NCBI GenBank assembly: GCA_038065235.1
Contig: JBBTRK010000005.1
Location: forward strand, 22,389-86,388
Reading direction: 5' to 3'
Source of the DNA: Patescibacteria group bacterium
Lineage (GTDB): Bacteria > Patescibacteriota > Patescibacteriia > PEXW01
DNA length: 64,000 nt
This document shows, piece after piece, positions 1-9,666 of this stretch. Every line of letters starts with the position of its first letter. Position 1 is the first letter of the stretch. The notes below the pieces were generated by a model that saw only the letters and a program-made list of their open reading frames with translations, did not search any database and had not been told where the DNA came from. Made by a program: the position numbers and the translations under genes.

Positions 1-35
1 AGGCAAGTTCAGAGACCCAAAGCATTTTTGATCAG

Positions 36-3000
36 GTGCTCAAGAACCTCAAGTTCAACGAAATTATACCCACCCCTCTGCCCTTGCCGCTGCTCACCAA
101 CCTGCGCGCCGACCTAAAGCGCATTCACGCCATGCAGGAGCTGGTCTTCGGCCTGGCGGACTACTATCAAGTGAAAAAAGCAAATCCTACGTTGGACACC
201 GGATCGTACATTAAGAATATGTCGTTCTCCGCCTGGCCATCTTGGCAGTCTTTGGGCAGTACGCTGGGCATTACCATGCCGCAAGATCCCGAAGTGCTGT
301 GGAAACCATCGTCAACCCTCTGCGGCACTGGGTTTGACCAGGGGTCGTGCTGGAATCAGGTGAGCAAAGTTATGCAGTTCCCCAGCGACAGCGCTGACCC
401 GCCCGAGTCGCACGGATTCGCCTATAAGTACGTCCCCGGCAACCCGCCGCTCGTCCCACCCAGCGTGCAGCTGTACGGCACAGGCAGTGCGAACATCCAA
501 AATCATGACACGACTCTCATTAGCTTCCCCAGTCCGGCGACAAGTATCTGTCCTACTACTTTGCCTCCTGCACCTGTGAATTCTTGCTTGGGCTTCAACT
601 TTGGCGTCAACGCGTCGAACTTTGGTCAGATGAGCGACTGGCGGTTGCCCAGTGCCGCAGACACGACGGCTCCAACGCCTGTAACCATCGATTCGCCCGT
701 GAATAATGACACAGTGTCTGGGGCAGTGCCATTCGTCATAACCGCCAGTGACGAAACCGGTGGCAGCGGCATGCAGCGGGTTGACGTGCAGATAAAGCGC
801 GGTACTACTATCGTGGCCTCAACCTCCATTGGCGCACCAGACAAAGATGGCAAGTACCGCTGGACCTGGAGTTCGCGCCTAGCGCTCAACAGTCCGCCCG
901 ATTACGACGTCACCGTCACCGCCTTTGACAAGGCCGGCAACAGCCAGGCTGCTCCAAATTTGCAGCTGACGCTCACCAACCCCCCTGCCGACAGCGAACC
1001 GCCAATAATTACCGCTTCGGCGCCGTCAACCACCTGGAATGGCAGCGCCAGCATTGTGGTTTCCGCTACAGCCACAGACGTCCACCCCACAGCCACGAAC
1101 AACACCAAAGTTGTGAAAATAGAGTTCTACCTTGGGAGTTCGAAGCTTGGGCAAGCACCAGACCCAATGTGTGCAGCCAATTGCCCCGATAGCTACACAG
1201 CAAACGTCACCATACCGGCCACAACCATTCGAGGATTTCCGAACGGGTCGTACACCTACTCAGTGGTGGCCTATGACGGCTTTGGTAATACGAGCATTAA
1301 GAACTATCCGGTTACTATCGACAAAACTAGCCCCGATTCCACCCCACCGCAGATACTTATTACGTTGCCAACGGGAACAGTGAGCGGGGCAAATACCGAT
1401 GTCGTTGCAACCGCAACTGATGCCAGCGGCATTGACCGCGTAGAGTTCTTAATTGATGGGATTCCCAAAACAGTAGACTTCAGCGGGCCGTACAGTTTTT
1501 CTTGGCTACTCAATGGTTACGCAGAAGGTCCACATACTATTACCGCCGTGGCGTACGATCGGTATGGCAACCAGGCCACTGCCACGCAGACCGTCACCTA
1601 TATGGTCGTCACCGGGCCAGATACGCAACGGCCGACCATTACTGATGTTACGGCCACGCTCGATACGAACGTTAGCATTCCGCTGGAAGGAGCTCAGTTA
1701 AGTAACAGAGTCACACTCAATGCCACACTCACCGACAACGTCGCCATACATAGAGCTGAGCTGCGTATTGATGGGGTGAAAATCCCGCTCATTGGTGGCG
1801 CGTACTACTGCGACACGCCCCAAAATTGTATCTTGGCGTACAGCTGGGATACGTTGCCCGAAACTGTGGGTCAACACACGGTAAGTATTACGGCATACGA
1901 TACCGCAGGATACGTCGTGACGGTGACGCAGATAGTGAACGTCGTCAACCAGGTAATTATGACCATCAGTTCGCCGCAGTCGGGCACGACGGTGAAAGAT
2001 TTACCTGCCGGTAGCACCTGTTCGAATAATCCGACGAAAACCTGTACGACCAATAGAGACTGTCCATTGGTTAAAGTTGGTTCGTGTGAATTGACCGGTA
2101 TAAAGTGCTATAATGACCCAATATGTGCTGGTGCTAATCCTGGAGACTTTTGTAACCGCCCGCTCGGCTCATGCAACGCCACGCCGGCGGGTATCCCGGT
2201 GGTCATTGACGTGACGCGGACGTGTAGTACAGATCTGACTCTCTCGAGCGTTCAGTTCTTCCTCGACAGCAGCCCCACCCCATTACCCGGCTCGGCAACT
2301 TGCACGTCTGGACGTTGCACCTACACTTGGAATTCCAAGACTACGACTTCAAATGGCTCGCATGTGTTAACCGCAATTGGGCAAGCAACACCTGCTAGCT
2401 GTAGAGGTGGGGCGAAGTCAACCATCGTGGTAAACAATGACGTCGTTGACACAACTCCGCCGGTGATAGACAGTTTCCAGTTCGGCGCCCAGACGTGGGG
2501 CTCTGCTCTGCCTAGGATTATTAACCGTGCAGGGAATATTACCGTAATAGCTAGTGACCCCGCGGGTGGCAGCGGCCTAGCGCAAATCACCATTGCCATA
2601 AACGGCACAACAGTGACAACCTGCAATACTGCGCCTATTGGCACTTGTCAGTACTTCTGGAGCCCTACTGACGGTGCGAACAACACGGTCACCATAGGCG
2701 TAACCGACGTCGCGGGGAACAGTGCGCCGGGCCAGAGCCAGATGGTGAACGTGGATACGACGCCACCAGATACTTCGACCTGGCAGTCACCTGCCACTAG
2801 TAGTATCGTCACGTCGCCGCCAGACGTCACTATGCAGGTCGCGGCGAGCGATCCTCAGATCAACGGGTACGCCTCGGGCATAGCTTCGGTGATTTTCTAC
2901 TATGTCGACACTGATGGTCTTATGTTCCCCCCCGATAGTACTGGATCGGGCGGAGTCTACTCATGGGTTGGGCAACCACCGGTTGGCACCGCAGAGTACT

Positions 3001-3488
3001 TTGCCGAAGTGAGAGACAACGCTGGAAATGTATTCACGACTACGCCGGTAGTAAGTATCACCGTTGTTGCACCCGATACTCGGGCACCGTGGGTGAATAT
3101 CACAATTCCTGACGGTGATGGTTATTACGTTAGCGGGATTTTCAACCCTCAAGCGTCCGCGGGCGATTGGGGTGGCACCGGTATCCGTGACGTGCAACTC
3201 TATCTGGATGGTGCCCCGCTCGGGGGTCCAGATGCGACGTCGCCGTACAACGCCAGTAGTGTTAACACCGCAGCAATGGCGGATTTGAGTTCTCACTCCT
3301 TGTACGCTGTGGCGTGTGATAGGGCAACCCCAACGAACCTGTGCACCACGTCAGCGACCCGTACGTTTCTGGTGAATAATGGCCCGGGGAGTAACTGTGG
3401 CCCACTCATTTGCAGCGGCGCCACGCCAGATTGTTGCGGTGGACCGCCCTTCTCGTGCATTACCCCTACCAGTCTTTGTTCAATATAG
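36..3488 (+). CDS. Giant secreted or surface protein with multiple bacterial Ig-like (group 3-like) repeats and Cys-rich segments. Possibly 5'-partial, because the frame is open to the window start.
   Basis: Recurrent V-T-A-x-D-x-A/G-G-N motifs (VTVTAFDKAGNSQA, VVAYDGFGNTS, ITAVAYDRYGNQAT, ITAYDTAGYVV, IGVTDVAGNSAP, EVRDNAGNVFT). Cys-rich insert (aa ~650-720) and Cys-rich C-terminus. GTG start at 36 with no upstream in-frame stop. Confidence 0.6.
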   Translation: MLKNLKFNEIIPTPLPLPLLTNLRADLKRIHAMQELVFGLADYYQVKKANPTLDTGSYIKNMSFSAWPSWQSLGSTLGITMPQDPEVLWKPSSTLCGTGFDQGSCWNQVSKVMQFPSDSADPPESHGFAYKYVPGNPPLVPPSVQLYGTGSANIQNHDTTLISFPSPATSICPTTLPPAPVNSCLGFNFGVNASNFGQMSDWRLPSAADTTAPTPVTIDSPVNNDTVSGAVPFVITASDETGGSGMQRVDVQIKRGTTIVASTSIGAPDKDGKYRWTWSSRLALNSPPDYDVTVTAFDKAGNSQAAPNLQLTLTNPPADSEPPIITASAPSTTWNGSASIVVSATATDVHPTATNNTKVVKIEFYLGSSKLGQAPDPMCAANCPDSYTANVTIPATTIRGFPNGSYTYSVVAYDGFGNTSIKNYPVTIDKTSPDSTPPQILITLPTGTVSGANTDVVATATDASGIDRVEFLIDGIPKTVDFSGPYSFSWLLNGYAEGPHTITAVAYDRYGNQATATQTVTYMVVTGPDTQRPTITDVTATLDTNVSIPLEGAQLSNRVTLNATLTDNVAIHRAELRIDGVKIPLIGGAYYCDTPQNCILAYSWDTLPETVGQHTVSITAYDTAGYVVTVTQIVNVVNQVIMTISSPQSGTTVKDLPAGSTCSNNPTKTCTTNRDCPLVKVGSCELTGIKCYNDPICAGANPGDFCNRPLGSCNATPAGIPVVIDVTRTCSTDLTLSSVQFFLDSSPTPLPGSATCTSGRCTYTWNSKTTTSNGSHVLTAIGQATPASCRGGAKSTIVVNNDVVDTTPPVIDSFQFGAQTWGSALPRIINRAGNITVIASDPAGGSGLAQITIAINGTTVTTCNTAPIGTCQYFWSPTDGANNTVTIGVTDVAGNSAPGQSQMVNVDTTPPDTSTWQSPATSSIVTSPPDVTMQVAASDPQINGYASGIASVIFYYVDTDGLMFPPDSTGSGGVYSWVGQPPVGTAEYFAEVRDNAGNVFTTTPVVSITVVAPDTRAPWVNITIPDGDGYYVSGIFNPQASAGDWGGTGIRDVQLYLDGAPLGGPDATSPYNASSVNTAAMADLSSHSLYAVACDRATPTNLCTTSATRTFLVNNGPGSNCGPLICSGATPDCCGGPPFSCITPTSLCSI

Positions 3489-3516
3489 GTGACGGTGGTG
3501 GGTAACAATATTCAAT

Positions 3517-4143
3517 ATGCCAGATCAACCAAAAGATATTTTCCAAGAGGTCGAGCCCGCAGCAGATGCGCAACCGGTTCGCCGTGCAGTTCCGGCAGCC
3601 CCGGTTATCCCGTCGGTTGTACCAACCCCAGAAATTCGGGGTGTACAACCTGCCCGCTATGACTCGCAGCGCGTGGCAGGCGGGCCGCGACGTTCACGCA
3701 TGCCTTTTCTGGTCGGTGGGGCAGTCGTGCTGCTCATCGGCATTGTGGCAGTTGTGGTACTGGTGCGCCGACAAACCCCAGCACCTGTGGTCCAGAGTAA
3801 TGTGCAAAATAGCAATACAACAACGAATGCCGCAGCAGCCACGACGAACACCCAACCTGCGCCGGTAGTGGTTCAGCCAGAGGTTGTTGCGAACGATGCG
3901 GACCGCGATGGCCTGACCACCGATGAGGAGCAGAAGCTAGGAACCAAGGATACGCTGGCAGATACCGATGGTGACGGCTTGAGTGACTGGGACGAGGTGA
4001 AAGTGTACAAGACCAACCCGCTGAAGCCGGATACGGATGGCGATGGGAACGCCGATGGCGCTGAAGTAAAAAAAGGGTATAATCCAAATGGTTCTGGCCT
4101 GCTCCTAGATTTTGAGGCCGCCAAGCAGAAGCTCACCAAGTAA
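3517..4143 (+). CDS. Membrane-anchored protein with thrombospondin type-3-like Ca-binding repeats.
   Basis: Pro-rich N-terminus, one TM helix, then DxDxDG repeats (DADRDGLTTDEE, DTDGDGLSDWDE, DTDGDGNADGAE). Confidence 0.65.
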   Translation: MPDQPKDIFQEVEPAADAQPVRRAVPAAPVIPSVVPTPEIRGVQPARYDSQRVAGGPRRSRMPFLVGGAVVLLIGIVAVVVLVRRQTPAPVVQSNVQNSNTTTNAAAATTNTQPAPVVVQPEVVANDADRDGLTTDEEQKLGTKDTLADTDGDGLSDWDEVKVYKTNPLKPDTDGDGNADGAEVKKGYNPNGSGLLLDFEAAKQKLTK

Positions 4144-5341
4144 TTTTTCTTCTCCTTCACGCCACACGCGTATGTTCGAATCTGTTACCCCCTCGGGAGC
4201 GAATACCCCAGCAACCCAAGTTCCGGCCCCACCTACCACGCCACTAGAAATACACAGCATGCCTGAGCGCTTCCTGGGGAGTAAATCCCCGTTAGGCAAA
4301 GCGCCGGTGCCAGGCGGAAAGGGGAGTAGCAAGAAGCTCATTATTGCTATTGGCATTATCGTCGTGGTTGCGCTTGGTGCCGCCGCCGCGCTTATGTTTA
4401 CCGGCGTGCTGAATAAAAACGCCGCGAATACGAATAACGCTAATTTGGTGACGAACGCACCGGCAACCAACACGAATAAGAATGTAAACCTGAACGGGAA
4501 TAAGAATACCAACGGGAATAGCAATGCCAACGTTAATGCCAATTCGAATGCTAATGCAAATGGAAACACGAACGTTAACGTGAATGCAAATAGTAACGCC
4601 AATACGAATGCGAATCAAAACGTGAATAGCAACCCAACAGCAGCCTCCAGCGCCGACGCCGACAAAGACGGCCTCACCGATGCAGAGGAGACATTATTCA
4701 CCACTAACCCAAGTGTCGCAGATACCGATGGTGATGGTTTCACCGATAGCAGCGAAGTGAAGTTTGGGTACAATCCTAAAGGCAGCGGGAGACTCGTGGC
4801 CAGTAATCTCATTTCCACATTCACGAACTCGCTCTATGGGGCAAGCGTGTTGTACCCCAAAGGCTGGTTAAGCGTAGCTCGCAGCAGCACCGAGCAGCTT
4901 ATCTCTAACCCAACCGGTGATGAAACTGTAACGGTTGCGGTGGAAGACAACCTCGCCCGGCTCACGGCGAAGCAGTGGTACATTACCAAAGCGCCGAGTG
5001 CAGACATCGCGTCACTGGTGGATGCGGCGGCGTGGGATGGGAAGAGCACAGGGGTCATTAGTCCAGATGGTTTGGCTTACTACTTTGCCAACGGCAATCA
5101 GGTGTTCGTCATCTCCCTTAGCTATGGTTTGAAGCCAACAGTGGATTCCCGAACAACCTTCGAGATGATTGCACGTAGTCTTGTGGTGGATTCGACAAAA
5201 GTGAACGTCAACGTGAATACGAATACGGCAAACCTAAATTTCAATGTGAACACCACGTTGAATACTAATTCTAATGCAAACACAAATCTTAATAGCAACC
5301 TAAACACCAACAGCGCGACGAATCTCAACGTGACTCCGTAA
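4112..5341 (+). CDS. Paralogous membrane-anchored TSP3-repeat protein with Asn-rich low-complexity linkers. The start is uncertain; ATG at 4172 or 4259 are alternatives.
   Basis: TM helix, then NANSNANANGNTN-type tract, then DADKDGLTDAEE and DTDGDGFTDSSE repeats. C-terminal NVNTN tract. Overlaps the upstream gene by 32 nt if the start is taken at 4112. Confidence 0.6.
   Translation: MRPPSRSSPSNFSSPSRHTRMFESVTPSGANTPATQVPAPPTTPLEIHSMPERFLGSKSPLGKAPVPGGKGSSKKLIIAIGIIVVVALGAAAALMFTGVLNKNAANTNNANLVTNAPATNTNKNVNLNGNKNTNGNSNANVNANSNANANGNTNVNVNANSNANTNANQNVNSNPTAASSADADKDGLTDAEETLFTTNPSVADTDGDGFTDSSEVKFGYNPKGSGRLVASNLISTFTNSLYGASVLYPKGWLSVARSSTEQLISNPTGDETVTVAVEDNLARLTAKQWYITKAPSADIASLVDAAAWDGKSTGVISPDGLAYYFANGNQVFVISLSYGLKPTVDSRTTFEMIARSLVVDSTKVNVNVNTNTANLNFNVNTTLNTNSNANTNLNSNLNTNSATNLNVTP
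4425..4640 (+). repeat. Tandem AAT/GCN/AAC codon repeats encoding a poly-(N-x) low-complexity linker. A second tract lies at about 5200-5335.
   Basis: Visible aatgccaat, aatgcgaat and aacgtgaat iterations in the sequence. Confidence 0.7.
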
Positions 5342-5344
5342 GGC

Positions 5345-5749
5345 ATGGAGTTTCGGGTAATAAACGAAACTGGGCGGCGTCTGCCGGCTGTCCAGTGGGC
5401 GCTGCTCTTCGAGCGCGTCCAACGGGGCGAGCGCGCCGCTGTGGCGACGAGTGTTGCACTAATCCTCACATCGCCGTCGCGAATTTCTGTGCTGAACCGG
5501 CAGTACCACCACGGCAGTGGACCCACTGACGTTTTAGCCTTTCCTGCACCCCAGCATCGGCAACACGATGGTAGCGGGGATATCGTCATCTGTCCGTTCA
5601 TCCTGCGGAAGCGTTACCCTCAAGCATCCCAGCCTGCCTTGCTCCAGCATCGTTTCGTCCACGCCCTCTTGCACCTACACGGCTACCAGCATGCCACCGA
5701 TCGAGCTGCAGCCAGCATGGAAGCACGCACGCTAAAGTACCTAGCATAA
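5345..5749 (+). CDS. ybeY: rRNA maturation endoribonuclease YbeY.
   Basis: TDVLAFP, DIVICP and the HxxLHLHGYQH metal-binding motif. Confidence 0.85.
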   Translation: MEFRVINETGRRLPAVQWALLFERVQRGERAAVATSVALILTSPSRISVLNRQYHHGSGPTDVLAFPAPQHRQHDGSGDIVICPFILRKRYPQASQPALLQHRFVHALLHLHGYQHATDRAAASMEARTLKYLA

Positions 5750-5760
5750 TCCACGCACCA

Positions 5761-6135
5761 ATGGTCGTTATTACCCCCCAGAGCCTTCGCAATAGCTTCC
5801 GCTACGCCCTCCGTGGGTTGCGGCACACATTCCGCACCCAGCAGAGCTTCCGCATTCAGGTCTTTGCGGCTGCGGTCGTCATCGTCGCCATGCTGCTGCT
5901 GCAGGTTAGCACCCGAGATACCGTCGTTCTCATTGTCATGGTGGCGGCAGTTCTGGTCCTGGAACTCATAAATACCGTCGTGGAACATCTAACCGATTTG
6001 GTAAGTGCCCGGCTTTCACCCGTCGCCCAAGCCGTGAAAGATGCTATGGCTGCCGCGGTTTTCGTCGCCTCACTCATTGCCCTGGTGGTTGGTTTACTCA
6101 TCTTCTGGCCCTACCTCGCATCGGCCGCCTTGTAA
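5761..6135 (+). CDS. dgkA: Diacylglycerol kinase / undecaprenol kinase family (DgkA).
   Basis: NSFRYALRGL, TQQSFRIQ, ELINTVVEHLTDLVS. Three TM helices and the typical ~120-aa size. ybeY-dgkA adjacency is common. Confidence 0.75.
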   Translation: MVVITPQSLRNSFRYALRGLRHTFRTQQSFRIQVFAAAVVIVAMLLLQVSTRDTVVLIVMVAAVLVLELINTVVEHLTDLVSARLSPVAQAVKDAMAAAVFVASLIALVVGLLIFWPYLASAAL

Positions 6136-6176
6136 TTGTCCTGAAGGCCATTTTTCTGTATACTTAAAGCCTATTT

Positions 6177-7415
6177 ATGTCACGTGAAGCTCCACTCGTA
6201 GGCCTTGATCTTGGTTCGACGACCGTCCGCGTCGTTGTTGCGACCCCGACCGAAGGTGGTTCGGAACTTCAGATTCTCGGCGTCGGGGAGCACAGTGCAG
6301 ACGGCATTAGTAAGGGCGCAATCACGAGCATCGAAGATGCAATCTCGTCAATTTCTGGCGCACTGGAGCAAGCCGAGCGCATGACCGGCATCCCCGTGAC
6401 ACATGCGTACGTCGGTATCAACGGCACCCACATTTCGTCGCAAGAAGTGCACGGCGTCGTTGCCGTAGCCAAGGCTGATGGCGAGATACGCGAAGAAGAC
6501 GTCGAACGCGTCATCGAAGCCTCCCAGACAATGGTGAGCCCATCAAATGTGGAAATCCTTCACGTTATCCCGCGTACCTTCACCGTTGATAACCAGAAAG
6601 GTGTCAAAGACCCCATCGGCATGTCCGGTATCCGGCTAGAAGTTGACGCGCAGGTCATTCAGGGGCTCACCGCCCAGGTGAAGAACCTCACGAAGTGCGT
6701 GTACCGCACCGGGGTGGAAATTGACGAGTTGGTTCTGGGCGTCCTGGCTGCTTCGGAAGCCGTCCTCACCAAGCGTCAGAAAGAAATTGGCGTTGCCCTG
6801 TTAAATATCGGTGCTTCCACGTCTAGTCTCATGGTGTTCGAAGAGGGCGATGTATTGCATGCTGGTATTATTCCGGTTGGGGCTGGACATATCACGAACG
6901 ATATTGCCATAGGCCTGCGAACCTCTATTGATGTTGCGGAGCGGGTAAAGATAGAATTTGGTACAGCCATGCCAGAAGAGGTTGGTAAGCGCGATGAAAT
7001 AAACCTTGCGGACATAGATCCCAAGGAATCGGGTGTCGTCTCGCGCAAACACGTCGCCGAGATTATTGAAGCTCGGGTCGCCGAAATCTTCAGCATGGTC
7101 GATAAAGAACTTCAGAAAGTCGATCGGTCTGGATTGTTGCCGGCTGGGATCGTGCTCATCGGCGGAGGCGCTAAGCTCTCTGGCATCATCGAAGTGGCTA
7201 AGCGTGAGTTCCGCTTGCCGGCCGCCGTTGGGAACCCACTCAACCTCATTACCGCAATCGACAAAGTGCACGAACCCGAGTACGCTACGGCAGTCGGCCT
7301 CGCTGCGTGGGGCGCCGCCCTTCAGCATGGCGGGGGCACACGCACATCGAAGTTTTCGACGGTGAACGTTGTTCTTGGTAAGCTACGTGGGTGGGTGAAG
7401 AACATTACTTCCTAA
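6177..7415 (+). CDS. ftsA: Cell division protein FtsA.
   Basis: Actin-like ATPase signature ([24 protein letters not shown]) directly upstream of ftsZ. Confidence 0.93.
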   Translation: MSREAPLVGLDLGSTTVRVVVATPTEGGSELQILGVGEHSADGISKGAITSIEDAISSISGALEQAERMTGIPVTHAYVGINGTHISSQEVHGVVAVAKADGEIREEDVERVIEASQTMVSPSNVEILHVIPRTFTVDNQKGVKDPIGMSGIRLEVDAQVIQGLTAQVKNLTKCVYRTGVEIDELVLGVLAASEAVLTKRQKEIGVALLNIGASTSSLMVFEEGDVLHAGIIPVGAGHITNDIAIGLRTSIDVAERVKIEFGTAMPEEVGKRDEINLADIDPKESGVVSRKHVAEIIEARVAEIFSMVDKELQKVDRSGLLPAGIVLIGGGAKLSGIIEVAKREFRLPAAVGNPLNLITAIDKVHEPEYATAVGLAAWGAALQHGGGTRTSKFSTVNVVLGKLRGWVKNITS

Positions 7416-7422
7416 TATCGTC

Positions 7423-8625
7423 ATGGCCCGAAGCACTATGGAAATAAAGCCAGATATCGAAACCTTTGCGAAGATCAAAGTCGTCGGCGTGGGCGGTTCT
7501 GGTGGCTCGGCTGTAGACCGCATGATCACCTCGAAAATTCGCGGGGTGGAGTTTATTGTAATCAACACCGACGCACAGGCGCTGCACCACTCCAAAGCCC
7601 CGACCAAGATTCACATTGGCAAAACCGTCACACGTGGGCTTGGTGCGGGTATGGATCCCGAGCTTGGACGGAAAGCTGCGGAAGAGAGCCAGGATGAAAT
7701 TCATGAAGCATTGAAAGGCGCAGACATGGTCTTCATTACCTGTGGCCTCGGTGGCGGTACGGGTACGGGTGCGGCGCCAGTCGTTGCGGAAATCGCCAAA
7801 GACGTGGGTGCACTCACGGTAGCTGTCGTCACTAAGCCGTTCGCTTTCGAAGGTGCCCAGCGAAAGGGGATTGCCGACGGGGGTCTGGGCGACCTCGGCG
7901 ATCGCGTCGATACACTCATCACTATCCCGAATGACCGGTTGCTGCAGATCATCGACAAGAAGACTAGTCTCTTGGACGCGTTCGGCACGGTCGATGAGGT
8001 GCTTCGCCAAGGGGTGCAGGGGATTAGCGAACTCATCACTATTCCCGGGCTCATCAACGTCGATTTCGCGGACGTGAAATCCATCATGGCCGATGCCGGC
8101 TCCGCGCTCATGGGTATTGGCAAGGCGACCGGGGATAACCGTGCCGTGGATGCCGCCAAGGCCGCTATCGACAGCCCTCTCTTGGAACTCTCTATTGATG
8201 GCGCCAAGGGCATTCTTTTCACGGTGACGGGTGGTCCAGACCTTGGGATGTATGAGGTAAATGAAGCCGCTAGGGTTATTACTGCCTCGGTTGATCCAAA
8301 TGCCAAGGTTATTTTCGGCACGGTCATTGATGAGACTTTGAAAGGTGAGGTTCGCATTACCGTAATTGCCACTGGGTTTGGTAAAGGTCCACTGGCAACC
8401 CCTCGACCCCTGCCGAAGAAGATCACCCCCACCGGCTTCGATACCTATGAACCCGTGAAGGAGCCCGAAAGACGTCCCCAGCCCCGGCCAATCGCGTCAC
8501 AGCGCCCAGCCGCACCAGTGATGCCGCCAGCACGCCCAGCCGCAGCAGAGCCAAAACCGGTGATGCCGAAGAAGCCAGAAGATGACCTGGAAATTCCCGC
8601 CTTCATCCGGCGGAAGATGATGTGA
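7423..8625 (+). CDS. ftsZ: Cell division GTPase FtsZ.
   Basis: [13 protein letters not shown] and the tubulin signature [17 protein letters not shown]. Pro/Ala-rich C-terminal linker. Confidence 0.97.
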   Translation: MARSTMEIKPDIETFAKIKVVGVGGSGGSAVDRMITSKIRGVEFIVINTDAQALHHSKAPTKIHIGKTVTRGLGAGMDPELGRKAAEESQDEIHEALKGADMVFITCGLGGGTGTGAAPVVAEIAKDVGALTVAVVTKPFAFEGAQRKGIADGGLGDLGDRVDTLITIPNDRLLQIIDKKTSLLDAFGTVDEVLRQGVQGISELITIPGLINVDFADVKSIMADAGSALMGIGKATGDNRAVDAAKAAIDSPLLELSIDGAKGILFTVTGGPDLGMYEVNEAARVITASVDPNAKVIFGTVIDETLKGEVRITVIATGFGKGPLATPRPLPKKITPTGFDTYEPVKEPERRPQPRPIASQRPAAPVMPPARPAAAEPKPVMPKKPEDDLEIPAFIRRKMM

Positions 8626-8732
8626 GAAGATCTCCACAGGTTTTTTTGGTGTCGGGATTGCGTTCCTAAAGCGACACCGGGATACCCCAGTAATCATGCG
8701 GCTCAACACGAGGCGCCGTTTTTAGGTTTAGG

Positions 8733-8786
8733 TTGACAACACTACATGTAGTGGTATACTACCCTCTAGTAACACTACATCTAGTA
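8733..8786 (+). promoter_or_regulatory. Sigma70-like promoter (TTGACA at 8733-8738, TATACT at 8755-8760) with NrdR box 1 (ACACTACATGTAGTG, 8739-8753) in the spacer and NrdR box 2 (ACACTACATCTAGTA, 8772-8786) 33 bp downstream.
   Basis: Two palindromes match the NrdR-box consensus (acaCwAtATaTwGtgt) in tandem, upstream of nrdR and the RNR gene. Confidence 0.75.
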
Positions 8787-9090
8787 TTGACTAGGGCGTT
8801 GAGCCTTAGCCTCCGCCAGAGGCGGAGGGGAGCGTGACCGCTTGTCACACGCCTCTTTCACAAAAGCAACACCACGTTTTGCTGTTCGCCTGCATTCGTA
8901 AGGTGTCCAGCCCGCCCGCCTCCGCCTAGTGCTCGGCATTGGCGGGCAGGCCCGCCGTTGCCTCCCGCACCAGTCCTGTCGCCCCCTAGGCGAGAGGTCA
9001 ACATCGTTGTACGATGGTGACCCCGCCCGCCACGCGTTGCCGCGAGGCATTGCGGGCAGGCTCAGCGGCTGCTGCTTTCTCGTCCACGCT

Positions 9091-9627
9091 ATGAAGTGCC
9101 CTGCCTGCCACAAACTTGATACTCGGGTCATGGATTCCCGGCTCATTGAGGATGGAATGGCAATTCGCCGACGCCGCGAGTGTGCCCGCTGTGATTTTCG
9201 CTTCTCGACCATCGAAGAGACGGAAATTCTGAACCTCACGGTCATCAAGCGGGATGGTCGGCACGAGCCATATAGTAGGGAGAAGATGGAGACAGGCCTC
9301 CGCCGCTCATTCCAGAAATTACCGATCACGCAGGATGAATTGAAACGTCTGGTTAACCACATTGAGCGGGATATCCAGATCACTGGTCGACAAGAGATAA
9401 AGAGCGCTGACATTGGGGACATCCTAATGAAGCACCTGAAGCGGGCGAATCACGTTGCGTACATTCGCTTCGCCTCGGTGTACCGGTCATTTAAAGACGT
9501 TGAGACCTTCCAGCGTGAACTCCACAGCCTGCTGAAGCCCGCCCGGCACCGGCCCGACACGCTGCGCGAGTCGAAGCGGGCGGGACGCCGTCTGGCGGAC
9601 GAGCCCGCCCGTCGAGCTAAGCGCTAA
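9091..9627 (+). CDS. nrdR: Transcriptional repressor NrdR (Zn ribbon + ATP cone).
   Basis: Starts MKCPACHK...ECARC (zinc ribbon), followed by an ATP-cone. The longer GTG-initiated ORF from 8929 is rejected because NrdR begins at the zinc ribbon. Confidence 0.88.
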   Translation: MKCPACHKLDTRVMDSRLIEDGMAIRRRRECARCDFRFSTIEETEILNLTVIKRDGRHEPYSREKMETGLRRSFQKLPITQDELKRLVNHIERDIQITGRQEIKSADIGDILMKHLKRANHVAYIRFASVYRSFKDVETFQRELHSLLKPARHRPDTLRESKRAGRRLADEPARRAKR

Positions 9628-9666
9628 ATTAATAAATTACCCTTCGCTCTTAAAGACTCTGCGACC

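Noticed and set aside
4425-4640. CRISPR-like periodic repeats.
   Set aside because: The periodicity is 3-9 nt codon iteration inside an ORF encoding a poly-Asn linker. There is no repeat/spacer architecture and there are no cas genes.
8929-9090. GTG-initiated N-terminal extension of nrdR (ORF track start 8929).
   Set aside because: NrdR proteins begin at the MKCPxC zinc ribbon. The extension is a Pro/Arg/Gly-rich translation of the GC-rich leader.
8790-9090. Possible cobalamin riboswitch in the nrdR leader.
   Set aside because: The GGTCCCGCCACTG-type B12 box and the GGTGnnAATCC element are both absent. Only generic GC hairpins are present.
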